In this document: one piece after another, positions 14,501 to 27,318 of the stretch
How the letters are laid out: each line of letters opens with the position of its first letter
Position numbering within the stretch: the stretch's first letter is position 1
Source: Priapulus caudatus
Taxonomy: Eukaryota
Reading direction: 5' to 3'
DNA: 62,497 nt
Assembly: GCF_000485595.1 (NCBI RefSeq)
Contig: NW_014577074.1
Coordinates: 863,902-926,398 of the forward strand
Notes under the pieces: generated by a model
The model's database searches: none
What the model saw: the letters and a program-made list of their open reading frames with translations, nothing else
Told to the model about the DNA's origin: nothing
Program-made: the position numbers and the translations under genes

Positions 14501-16643
14501 ATGTATGTGCGTGGGGTAGGGTTACCTGCAGAGAGCTAGGGTATTTCTGTGGAGAGGAGTAGAACCTGTATGTATGCTATCAGGAGTCTATCAATAGGAG
14601 TAAGACCATTTATAGGCCATGTCGAATGACAGTAATGACATGTTATGAACGATATTGTTAAGAAAAAATAAAATAGATAAAAATACTAAAAATGTGAATT
14701 TTTTTATTTTTAATGTAAATAGTATAAATAACACCAAGTCGTGTTTAACTTTCCGAAATCCCTGGCAAACCTCGCTAGTTGTTTGCATTGCTATGCGATA
14801 GAGGGCTTTCAAAAGCATTGCCCTTTGTTTCGGTTCACAGTTGTTGAAAATGCGGTATAAATTGCAAAAACCACATTGTACGTTTGGACCGATATCTCCC
14901 GATTTGTCATTTTTGTGAGACCAACGATTAGACACGGAATTAGTTTAATGATTAAGGTAAGATTTGAGCTCAAGTTTATCGAGTTAAACACAATAAATCA
15001 TAGGTAGACTAAGGCAACTAAATGTTGAATTTTGCCGGTTTCAGTCTGTCTTACTCCTATTGATAGGCTCCTGATGCTATGTGTATGTATGCATGTATGT
15101 ATGGGTATGTGTGCTTATGGGAGGTAAAGGTTGCTTGTAAGTGAGGGGAGCCTACTTGTTGGCAAGATAGACCTTTCTTGTGAGAAAGATGTAGCCTGCC
15201 TACAGGGAGGTATAGGGTCTGTTTTTAGCTCAGCTTGACATCGTCAAGATGAGCTATTGCCATGGGGCGTCGTCCGTCGTACGACCGTCCGTCTGTCTGT
15301 CCGTCAACATTTGGCTACGGTCAACGATAACTTGAGAACCGTTTGACCCACATGTTTCAAATTGCATACAGTTGTTACTCCTATGGGAGAAATGTGAACG
15401 TCCTATTTTGGGGCACGCCAGTTGACCTACTTTCGAGCCACACCCACTTTTTAGCAAAAATGGAAATGGCCATAACTCAGTTCAGGTTCAACGAATTTTT
15501 CTCATTTTTGGTATGTGAATGAATAACGACTGGCCCCCAAAACATATCACAGGGGTTTTTATATTTTAAAAAAATTATGCAAATTAGGTAGATTTTGGCA
15601 ATTTCACTATGCATTTCAGTGTCTGCCTACGGTCAACGATAACTCAAGAACCGTTTGACCCACATGTTTCAAATTGCATACAGTTGTTACTCCTATGGGA
15701 GAGATTTGAGCGTCCTATTTCGGAGCAGGCCAGTCGACCTACTTTCGAGCCACGCCAACTTTTTGGCAAAAATGGAAATGGCCATCTAGATACATTCGAT
15801 TTTGTTAAATTTACCTACCTACCTACCTAATCATACCTACGTGTAATACTGTGTTTTAGATTCTTTGTTACAGTAATTTGACTGGAATATTTTATTACTT
15901 TTATTTGCGCGATAATCGAAAACCAAAATGGCGATCATTTAGGCGTAGCACCATCTCTCGCCCAGATTTCAGACTTTCAGATCTGAAACATTTATTTTCG
16001 CATCAAAACTAACCCTGAAACAAAACAGTAAAATTTCTATTAGTATAAAACGGGAAATAAGGACTTTGGATCACATTTCGGTCCTTCATAAATGAAACAC
16101 ATACCAAATTTTAAATATCATCTCCCTCTTCTATCACACCCAAGGTGAGCTATAGTGTCATTGACATTTTTATTTAATGCGAGATGAGGTGTACTTACAG
16201 GGGTTGGTAAAGAGAGGTAGGACATGCTTTATGGATCAGTAGAGCTTGGTTTCAGGGTAAGGGGGGCCCCTGCTAGGTGGGGGGGGGCTTTCATATATAG
16301 AGAGGTAGAGGTAATAGGAATTAGCAGTCTATTCTTTAGGAAGGATCTTAGTGGAAGAGTCTGCAGTTGGAGACCCTTTAGCTTGGTTCTAGGGAGAGAA
16401 GGGTGTTACCAGCATACCACATGTAGATTCTAATAACCTTTCTTTTAATAGGATCGCATGCTGAATGCTAAATACGCTATCTCGATGGCAAGGAAGACTG
16501 GTGCCAAGGTATATGCTCTGCCAGAGGACATCGTCGAGGTCAAATCCAAGATGGTGATGACCGTATTCGCTTGCCTCATGGGCCGTGCTTACATCCCTTC
16601 CACAGGCACCGTGGTTGGCAGCAATGGAACAAACGGGCAGTAG
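8522..16643 (+). CDS. PLS: Plastin/fimbrin actin-bundling protein (EF-hands + 4 CH domains); 5'-partial, 12 exons
   Basis: Exons 8522-8692, 8987-9153, 9482-9577, 10033-10240, 10945-11130, 12226-12300, 12509-12719, 13290-13378, 13612-13801, 13991-14100, 14340-14483, 16452-16643. All GT-AG, phases match, total 1839 nt (613 codons with TAG). Motifs: EF-hand [69 protein letters not shown]. The ATG exon was not found; it may lie upstream of the window. Confidence 0.96.
10292..10638. mobile_element. hAT-like MITE in plastin intron
   Basis: TIRs caatgttccctctaa / ttagaggtaacactg. AT-rich body interrupts a GC-rich intron segment. Degenerate flanks gccgggag / gcggggga. Confidence 0.6.
14581..15073. 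mobile_element. 493-bp non-autonomous TIR element (CAGGAG ends, 7-bp TSD; P-superfamily-like)
   Basis: 26-bp TIRs caggagtctatcaataggagtaagac / gtcttactcctattgataggctcctg (1 mismatch). ATGCTAT on both sides (14574-14580, 15074-15080). Confidence 0.85.
15224..16168 (+). mobile_element. Helentron-associated (HINE/DINE-1-like) non-autonomous element
   Basis: Starts in a T-run with tagctcagcttgacatcgtcaagatgagcta, then a GTCC/GTCT microsatellite and an internal ~310-bp duplication. Ends with subterminal inverted aggtgagcta and a tgtcattgaca hairpin. Second copy at 47660-48580. Confidence 0.7.
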
Positions 16644-19054
16644 ATGTGGTTTCGTCAGGTGTTGGATCACCTGTGTCGGCATGCAATGGCACCAGAACAC
16701 TTTTTCGTGCACGTGTCTGTGTGCATTAACTCTGCTCTATATTTCAATGTTATCTTTGTTTAGTTGTTTAAACGGAGGTTTGATATTCATTTTCATTTAG
16801 TATTGCCCATGACATGGCCACATGCCCATTTAGAATAGAGGAAGCTCTGTAGTGTGGGGCAACATCACCACCATCGCCTCTTCAATTTTTGTCTCAGCAC
16901 AATAGGAAATCAGTAAATTTGGTGTATATGTTGTCACTACAGTAAGGATAAACAGCCAACTGATAAACATTCCAGACGGGTAAATGCATTGAAGAAAATA
17001 CATCGATAGACCATAAACAAGCATTCCAACTCTTTTTAAATGCACTTGGTTGTAGTAACGATATACACCGATGAATCATTTTGTAGTTGGGATCAAATAA
17101 CGCGAGATGCCTTGTGATGATGAAAGGTTCAATTCTAAAAAATAGGCGAGCTGGTTGTTTATGAGCATCACATATTGAATGTGTTTTTTAGTCACAGTTT
17201 ATGGGAATTATGTGTGTAAGAAATCGACCAATTAATATCCAGTGTTGTGTCTTGTTTTGCAAAATCCTATTTAAAAAAATTTGTTTATATTCCGTCATTT
17301 TATTGTAGAAAAATACTTGAGATTACAATTGTGTGTGACCGCTGGGCCTTTCATATATACCATATATTGGAATAAAATATACTATTAACTAAACCCATTG
17401 GAGTAGCATCACTGAGCAAACAAAGTTTTTAATTATTTTACCGCAGGCCTTTGGGCTACTGGACATTCTGGTAATGTTTGATGAGTCGTTATTGTGTGTA
17501 GTTTGTGAAAAATACTGTTGGTTGTGCTGTTGTTTTTATATGAAAACGTGTTACATTATTGTTAGCCTTGCTTACCGTTTTCGCATTTCGAATTTTTAGA
17601 TACCCACTTCAACTCCCTGTATTATTCAGCGTTGCCTTACTATATCTGCTCAGGCTGGTAGTATGTGTGATATCTACATACTGCCGTATGTTATCTTCAT
17701 TCTGAACTGCTTGTGATGGTTGCAAGCAATGCAACCATGTCCTCTGTGATGAATTGGCTTTTATCGTACAAGTGTTGTGCCTAAATGATAAACGTCTCGT
17801 ACGTGGGTCTAGAAAGCCTAAGAATATGTTACTGAGGTACATATTTTCCATTGCATTATAGTTGTTTTTCAAAATAAACAGCGTGCCACGGACGATAAGC
17901 CGCTCAGTAGCGGTATTGTGAAACTCTGTGTCAAAAAGGGGAATTTTTATAGAAATTTCCAAAGCAACCCAAGTGAGTAATCGGGTAACAGTTAATCTAT
18001 GCATGTTCAGGTTAGTGACTGCAGACGATGATCGTTGGGTTGTTGTAGCCATGTTGAACTTTTACACGATTATTCATAGAGTGCGTTGATGTATTTTTCT
18101 CTTACTGACACCCCGCATTTATAGAATTAGGTAGTAAATGGTTATCATGTTTCGGTTATGAGCGTGAGCGTTTTCGCTGTGTACTTACACGTTAGATATT
18201 AAGAATGTTATATTGTCTTACAGGTACACTCGAACTCTTTTAAGGAAATCAGTTACATATATATATATATTATATACAAACAGACTGGTTTTATAACCAT
18301 ATTCCATGAAAAACGTACATAACTTTAATTCGCCGTTAATTTGCTATGAAATAAAGTGAAATATCGTTATTGTAAATATGCCTCAAGTTCTATTTGAGTT
18401 TGTTGGGCATTGGTTACCTTTAGGGATTCATTGGTCATTTATTGCGCGTTCAACCTTTATTATTACGTCCCATGGCAATTTTATTACAGTTACCCGTCAC
18501 TTTCTGCCTGTCTATGGCTATACGCCTTTTCGACATAAGCTATGCTTGCGATACTTACCATATACGGTGTGCACAAGCGCCGATGCTATCATTTCTACGT
18601 ATTGTAAATACACTGTACAAGCACTGGCAATGTTAGTCCGTTTATGGACTATATTTACAGGTAGCAATGGCGCTACACAAGTTGTTTGTTTCTAATTACT
18701 GGCGAAATAACGCGAAACTACGTCAAACTAACTTTGGTTCATTTCTCGTGAGTTTTCGATTAACACAACGTCAACACGCTCGACGTGCCATCTCGCCTAG
18801 CACAGCCCGAGTGATTGTTGCCTTACTAACCAGCCGCATTCCAGCAGCCAGGTAGAAGTACGCGCCGCTCCAAGACACAGTCATGTATGTATGCACTGCT
18901 TTACCATATAGACATTGTGTGCATATAGTGTCACAGTCGAGTCGGACTAGTCATCGCACTGGATCGAGGTGCCGTATTTAACCAACCAAAATCCGTAAAA
19001 CCGTAATCCAACCAAAAACGGCGGTAATACAGCGGTAATAATCTTTATCAACAT

Positions 19055-19325
19055 CAGCTTAACTGGAGCTGCGAAAATACAGCATGCAGTAGTAACCTTA
19101 AGCAAGCTTAGTAGCAAGCATAAGTAACCTTAGCTTAACTAAAGCTGCAGCACTAGGTTAACTGGGGCTGCAGCAATCCAGCTTGCAGTTTTAAGTAACT
19201 TCAGCTTAACTGGAGCTGCGATAATACAGCATGCAGTCTTAAGTAACCTCAGCTTAACCGGAGCCTACAGCGTGCAGTCGTAAGTACTGCTTAAGTACTG
19301 CTCCAGTAAGGCTTAACTGGAGCTG
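19055..19325. repeat. Degenerate minisatellite in smo 3' flank
   Basis: cagcttaactggagctgc-like unit at 19055, 19131, 19155, 19202, 19250 and 19311. Confidence 0.75.
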
Positions 19326-22121
19326 GAATTGTGCAGCATGAAGTTAGCCATGGCGGCGGGACTGCGCGTCGCCGCCGACGCGCTCGCCGACTGGCGCGAC
19401 GATCGGCCGACCTCGCGCTTGAAGATGGGCATGTTGAGGCTCTGCTGGGCGAGGTGCGGCGGTCGCTCGACCTCCGAGTCGGACAGCTGGCCCGGCAGTC
19501 GCATCATCATGAGCCGCGAGCCGTCGAAGCTCGACCTGCGGCTGTTGATGCCGGAGCTGTAGCCGGAGCGGTAGGCGATGACGATGTCGTCCATCGTCGG
19601 GTGCGGGTTGCCGCTGGCGAGCGCCGTCGACATCATGATGTCCTCCGTGGAGAAGGAGGCGCTGCAGCGGCGCGGCCGCCCCTGCCGCACGCGACTCGAG
19701 ATCGTAGGAATAGGTGTCATGCCGATGTCGGGCCTGACCTGTCGCAGCGAAAAACATATATATATAGGGGGATGTGATTGATGGATGGATGGATGGATGG
19801 ATGGATGGATGGATGGATGGCCTGGATGGATGATGGATGGATGGACTGGTGGATGGATGGATTGATGATGGATGGATGGATGGATGGACTGGATGGCATG
19901 GATGGAATGGATGGATGGATGGATGGATGGATGGATGGATGGATGGATGGAATGGATGGATGGGTGGATGGATGAATGGATGGATGGTGCTGGGTGGTGG
20001 GTGGATGGATGGACGGACGGACGGACGGACGGCCAGACGGAAGGACAGAGGGACATACAGACAGATAGATAGATAGATACGCGCACGCACTCAGCGTGCA
20101 CGTACGCAGACAACATAGGTTCCTACATAGACACACACGTATGTGCAGATGCATATGTATACTTTGTAGACGATGTACACTGTTTGTGTATGTGTGTACA
20201 ATGTTTAAGTTTACTAAGTTTCATGTGTTCATAATATGATTTTTACGGGGAGAAGAGGTCTGCACAGATAACAATCTGCAGCAACTAGACGCGAACATTA
20301 GACGCTGTTCTTGGTTAACCGTGAGCAATTTCGTTTATATAGGCATTGGTGTGGCTGGCGTTTTTTTTTGCTACAAAGATATTGAAGAGCTCAAGGTTTC
20401 CCAACCAACCATTCGGCTAGAAAACGGTTCCAGAGCACATAGAAATATCATCTCGGCTAGGCTGCATAATAATGGGGTAAGGGCATCATCGAATGATTGA
20501 GTAATTTGATTATATGATTTCTTGCCTTTCTTTGGAATAGCATCGGATTTTCGAATATGTCGTACTGGTCGGACGTGTGCGCGTTCGATTTTGCGGCGCC
20601 ATCTAACGTCCGATTGCTGCCGCGCGCGCCGTGGTTGCTATTAACTCCTGAGAGACGCATGGAGGCGTGGCTGGCAAGCGACGATTCGCTGGCGTGTCGA
20701 CGCAGCTGGTGCTTCAGGAACGCCATCTGAACTGGCCAGGGCGACACCTGGGTGCGACCTCGGAACTTGCGCTTCTTTCGTTTTCGCGTTCGCCGCGCTA
20801 TTTCGCTGAGCTGTGAATCCATCGAGTAGTTTCTGTCATTGAGATCTGCAAGAAACAAATACATTGTGATACATCGAGTATGTTTGATGTTCCCCTAACA
20901 AATTCAATCTCTGGTTATTAGCTTGTGCCTTTGGCCCATCTCTGGTTTCATTTAAATACCAGATAACTGCTGGTACGGTGAACACGCCTCATGCGAGTAA
21001 ACCTAACTTGGCAGTTTTGGAGTTTATTTACATCGCAAGGTATATCATGGTTGTTTACACTAACAAATCTGCACATCTCATGTCGGTTCGATCGCACGCT
21101 AACGCTATGCGCGCATCGCCGTAAATAAATGTATAATGGTTCTAATGAACACGGTTCTAATGAGCGACGGGCCGCTGAGGAAAGGTGAGGGGTAACTTGC
21201 CTGACTGTGACGACGCGTGCATTATGGCGCGCGGTGGTGGGTGCTGTATGATAGCACCTCTACGCTTGAGCAGCCGCGGAAGGGCTGCAGCCACCCAGTT
21301 GGAGCTCACCTCCTGAGACATCTCACGCATCTCAAAGTTCATACCTCAAAACAAAATATAACTATTGTGATCAGCCCGCTCGCCCGTGCTTCCTGCTCAT
21401 TCCTGCTACGCGTGATTTCAAATGTCTTATTTATACGTTCTCGTTTTTGTGTTCTGTAGAATATAAGCCTTCAGAATATATCATAACAACGCAATGCTTC
21501 ACAACAGACGTCTATCAGAGCATATTTCATCGTTGTATACTCCTCTGTAGTTACAATAAACCCCAGATTTCATTTTGTTTACCTTCCATTTTGGTAAGCC
21601 TAGTTTTCTAAGCGACTTTGCGTAATTGCAAAGATATATCTAATATGTTCACGACGATATTATATGCCCACGCGGACAGGACTATCTAAATGCTCAGGAA
21701 CGAATACAGTTTTTCCTCGATGCCCGCACCGAACAGTAGTCCGCCTTACCAAGTGGATCATCGTGAGTGCTGTGAAAACTGATAGACATCCTCCGTGTGT
21801 TTCCTACTTGCTTCTTCTTTGCAAATGCTTTTGCGATCATTTTCTCTCTGGTCAGCCGAACCGGCTCATTCACTGGCTTTTTGAGTAACCTACATAAAGA
21901 CGAACGTCATGTGTGTATCCGCATGTTATATCCTGCTATTGAAAGGGTCCGTTACTACAATTAATTATTGGCTCTCCAATAGGCGAAGATATACAGAAAC
22001 ACTTGCGACAGTCAGAGCAGCGTTTGTCTTATACCCGTAGCATACACCGTTATAGAAAGGAATGCAATCTAGTCGCTTGGAAACATATTGGTTGTAAATG
22101 AATGCGTAGCGTTTGTTGTTG

Positions 22122-22163
<42 letters not shown>

Positions 22164-24860
22164 GACAAATAATGTAAAATGTTAACTGCATGCTGAGTAT
22201 GCGCATCCTGGCCCTTTTCGCATGTATATTATAACCTGCGATAATATCAGGAGTTAATAAAGACAAATTTGTCTTTATTAACCCCTGATAATATATATAT
22301 AACTATTTTCTGGTGGTGAGAATACATAGTTTTACGCAGAATTACGATTAGCGCTGTGAATAAATGTGTTGTACATATATACACATACGACCACCCGATG
22401 AGACCGGACGGGGGAATATTCTCCATCAGCTAGCTATATATACCCGCCGTATATATAGCATGATATATATATATATAATATATATATATATTATATAATA
22501 ATATATAATATATATATATATAATATATCAAGAGTACATAATAGACATCTATTATCACTCTGTGATATATATATATATATATGCCGCTACATATGCCATA
22601 TTTACCGGCAGAAGAATCGCTTCCACGCGTCCACGGTAGACGCTGTCCACACCCAGCTGCTCATGAGCATGCCTGCACCGAACACCGACACGTGGTTGAA
22701 GTACGCAGCCACTATGCTCGGCCCGACTATTGCACACCGTGACGCACCGCTCGTGTTTGCCTGGCACCTGGACAGAGAGTCAGTATAGATGAGGGGGTTC
22801 TTTCTTTTTGATATAAAATGGTTAGAGTTTCAGCTATAGTTAAAGTGTCTCTCTAAGTAGGCATACCACGGAGGTCTATGAATTTCCTTCGTGACGGTAG
22901 GAATTAAGTGGTGATAAATTTACGTGAGGGTGAAAAGTGATGATAAATGCTTCTGAGGGTGGGAGGTGGTAAGATGGGGTGGCCAATACGCTTGATTGAG
23001 GGGGGGGGGTAGGTAAATGTAAGCAGAGTATGCTAACATTGCATGTAGATCAATATATGAATAAAATGGCATTGGATCGATCAACTTACACTAAGAAATC
23101 TCTGAAGTTTTTATTCCAGAGTTGTCGACCTGAATACTCGTAGATGTGGCAGCAGAACGTGATTAAAACAAACGCGAAGCTGCAGACGATGAAGACACCT
23201 GCAAATCATTGTCAGTCAGTACCAGTACCATAGAATTATAGCAATTTTACATAATGACAACAACACAACAACAACATTTGCATAGTTACATATAGTCACA
23301 CACCTTTAACACACCGTAGATCTGATCTAACGTGGAAGCGCTTATAACGCCGTCAATGAGTTTACACTAATTAAGTTCTCGTTAACGCCTCTTTTTTTCT
23401 TTCTTTTTTTCGAGACGATGTAAATATCTTTCTACTCGGGTAGTTGTTGCCCAGTCTGATATGCGGAAAGTGCGTCATTTTGACCAGTTTTTATGTGAAA
23501 TATTACAATGAAATATTATTATTATATATAGCGACTTGAATTGCGCATATCTATAAACTTGATATATTTCACCCGTGTTAGGATATCGGGTCTACAGTGT
23601 ATGTTTTATAATGAGATATTAATCTCACGATCGTAAGATTAGCTTCGTTCCCTTACTAGCATCGTCATTTGTATGCGTATCATAAGTTCATTAATTAGTT
23701 AAAATAAACTATCCAATAACGTGAATATCGTTATATTACCTAATCGAATGATTGTTTCCTTAATTTTTGCGTTTGCCTTCTCACTGATCAGTCCTGGACT
23801 GTCCGTGTGAATTCTGCACAGAGTAACTAAGCCTACAAAATAATATGCATGGCATCGGTTTAAAGATATAAAACCGATTTATCACCTATAATCATTCATT
23901 CAAGTTACGTTTTGTTATTCATCCGCCTCAACGTATCTCAAATATAAAAACGCCTCAGCAATAAACAATTGTTATTGAACTCTATATCGATCTTATCGAT
24001 CTACATATATCGCATAGACATCGCTGATATCTATGTGATCGATACGCGGCCGCAGAGCAACTATACAGTTGCCACTAAGCAAGGTAAGGTGACGTTGTAC
24101 CTCTGATCAAAAAATAGCCTCCAAAGCACAGCATAAGCATCACGGGAAGCAGTACAAACCCTGTCCTCATGTACCAGGTGCTCATCCCAACAAAACATAT
24201 TCCACTGAGAGAGTCACCGTCAATCTGAAATGTACCAAAATTTAGTTATGCTATTGGTACCTATAACCATGAAATGAAATATAATCTACATATTATAATA
24301 CAGTATCTATATCTAGTCTATATACAGTATAATAGTACATGTTTTAATTTTTTAAATGCATGTCCTCGTGTTAAAATCGCTTTTCATTACACATCTTCAC
24401 GCCAACCAATCACACCGTTTAGACAGATTTATCGCCCTTGTGATTATTAAGTGTAACACATGGGACCACTCTACGCAATGTTTGTAGTTAGCGGCTAATG
24501 CTCCAGCTGCCGCTGTTACTCCGGCTACTGTTGTTTCTGTTGCTACTGCTACTGGCGGCTGCTGCTAGCGCTTCGGCTACCGCCGCCGCCGCACCCCGCC
24601 GCCGCCGCTGCTGCCGCTGCTACTGTAACTGCTGCTGCTTTGGTTGCTGCCGCCTGCCGCCGCTGTGGCTGGGGTTGTAGCTACTAGTGCTGTTACTGCT
24701 GCTGTGGCTAAGCTACTATTGATGTTGCTGCTAGTGAAGCAACAACGAAATACTATTGCCACTGCCAGCATATTTTTTATGATCACTACTAATACTATTT
24801 TTTATTTATTTTTATTAGTAGTAGTAGTAGTAATAGTATTATTATTATTATTATTATTAC

Positions 24861-24909
<49 letters not shown>

Positions 24910-26675
24910 ATCATTATCATCATCATCACCATAATCACAATGCACCAATATTATTTTCCCACCTCTGACAATGTGAGAATGGTGATGGTCAACACCAGAG
25001 GCACGCTCCACGAGAACATGTGAAAGTAAGCGGCTTTGCCTTCTATCACCTCCCTAGATGTTCTCAGCATCTTAAAGAATACGTGCCAGGTGTAGGCCAG
25101 CAGCACGAACCAGATGACAGCAGCCGTGAGGAAATAGTAGATGACGACGAACACGATGAGACACGACAGATTCTCTCCTCCGCTGAAACGCAGACACACA
25201 CACATGTTAATTATGTGGCCGTCGCGCAGGAAATAGCTCGAGCGAGCTAAATATGGATTGTTACATCAGAGGGATGATGGTTGTGAGACGAAAAACATGT
25301 CGGCGAAATACCCTTGCTATTCACGCGAGGGTTGTTAAAACACGGAGTTTTGCACCCTGTATAGGCGCGTAACTGGGGTTATCATTCCTCGTGTAGGCGC
25401 GGCCACTCTTGTGCATGGTTTTTTTTACGTCACTGAGCCGTAAAATTCAGCCCCCTATTATTATCCCAACATCCCCCAGTGTTATATAAATCATCTTGAA
25501 ATCATATATAGTGCCTAATCGTGGTGGCACATTGCAGGTTTATTGCAGGATTTTTTTTATCAGGATCAAATGAAAACAAACTCGTTTTTGTTCGCGCATC
25601 ACGTATGGTACCATCGTTCTAACGACGAATTGTGTCTTTCGTCGCGTTTTATTATCATTGGAACAGATGTCGCAAGCGTTAAGGCGACACGAGTCAAATT
25701 AGATAATCACGGTGTATAATGGGTTTATTCCCGGTTGGCCTACTCCCATTTCGCTTACGGCAAAATTCCCATTTCGCCTACAGCAAAATTCCCAGTTGGC
25801 CAACACCCATTTCGCCTACTCCCAATTCGTCTACGTTCAAAATCTACCCCATTCCCATTTCGTCTATGATCGGGTTGTTCACTAAATAATCATTTATAAA
25901 TAATAAAATATGGTTTTGATTGGCATACATAGACTACAGGAAGAAAATATAGGTACAAATAATGAGAACACAACTTGACAAAAATAGATAATACAGTAGC
26001 ATAATGGGAGTAGGCGAAATGGGAATATTGCCGATTCTGAGAGTAGACGAAATGGAAATAGACGAAATGGGACGTAGGCGAAATGGGTGTAGGCGAAATG
26101 GGAGTAGGCCAACTGGGATGTTACCGTATAATAATGACTTTACAATCGCTATCAAACGAAGCATACCAAACTAGTTCTTACACGGCACGAAATTATAGAA
26201 ATACTGCTGAACTATCGCGTTAAGTTAGTCAGAATCACGCAGTTCGATTATTAAAACATAATCGGCTAGCTGTGGCAATCTATATGGGTGTTATCGCATT
26301 ACAACGTACTTGGGTTCCCCAAGGCGGCCAGTACCGTCACGTCTGCACACAATGTTGTCGCGAGCACCCGGTAGAAACTGGGCGAGCCAGGCGACTGTAG
26401 CCAACGCGAAACAACAGTTGATGTAGAAAATGCCCAGCGCCGGGTATCTGCTCGCATTCTTCCAATCGACGATGAACGTAAACTGCAATAAACACCGCGA
26501 GAAATTATAGTGTTGGGCACATTACCAGGATCGAATGAAAACAAACTCGTTTTTGTTCACGTATCACGTATAGTTCCATCGTTCTAACGACGAATTGTGT
26601 CTTTAGTAGCACTCCAGCCGTCTACAGTACTGTTACTAAAATACAAGAGACCTGCAACGAGTAATTATATATAGG

Positions 26676-26708
<33 letters not shown>

Positions 26709-26860
26709 TATATATATCAGAGGCGAGAGAGAGAGAGAGAGAAAGAGAGAAGAGAGAGAGAAGTGTGTGTGGTGTTGTTGTGTGTGTGTGTGTGTGTGTG
26801 TTGTGTGTGTGTGTGTGTGTGTGTGTTGTTGTGTGTGAGTGTGTGTGTGTGTGGAGTGTG

Positions 26861-26928
<68 letters not shown>

Positions 26929-27104
26929 GTGTGTGTGTGTGTCTGTGTGTGTGTGTGTGATGTGCATGAGAGAGAAGAGAGAGAGATGAGAAGAGAGGGA
27001 GAGCCAATATGACGAAAACAACACTGACTAAATATTGTAAAAATATAAAGGAATACAGAGCAGCAAGAGAAACCGACGAGTAACCGAGCTACACAGAAGA
27101 CGGG

Positions 27105-27185
<81 letters not shown>

Positions 27186-27219
27186 GAGATCAGAGAGAGA
27201 GAAGAGAGAGAAGAGAGAC

Positions 27220-27318
<99 letters not shown>

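Noticed and set aside
19739..20154. IHPS/MDGW repeat ORFs and the N-terminal half of the 267-aa ORF
   Set aside because: Intronic (GGAT)n. Only 19313-19738 follows a proper acceptor.
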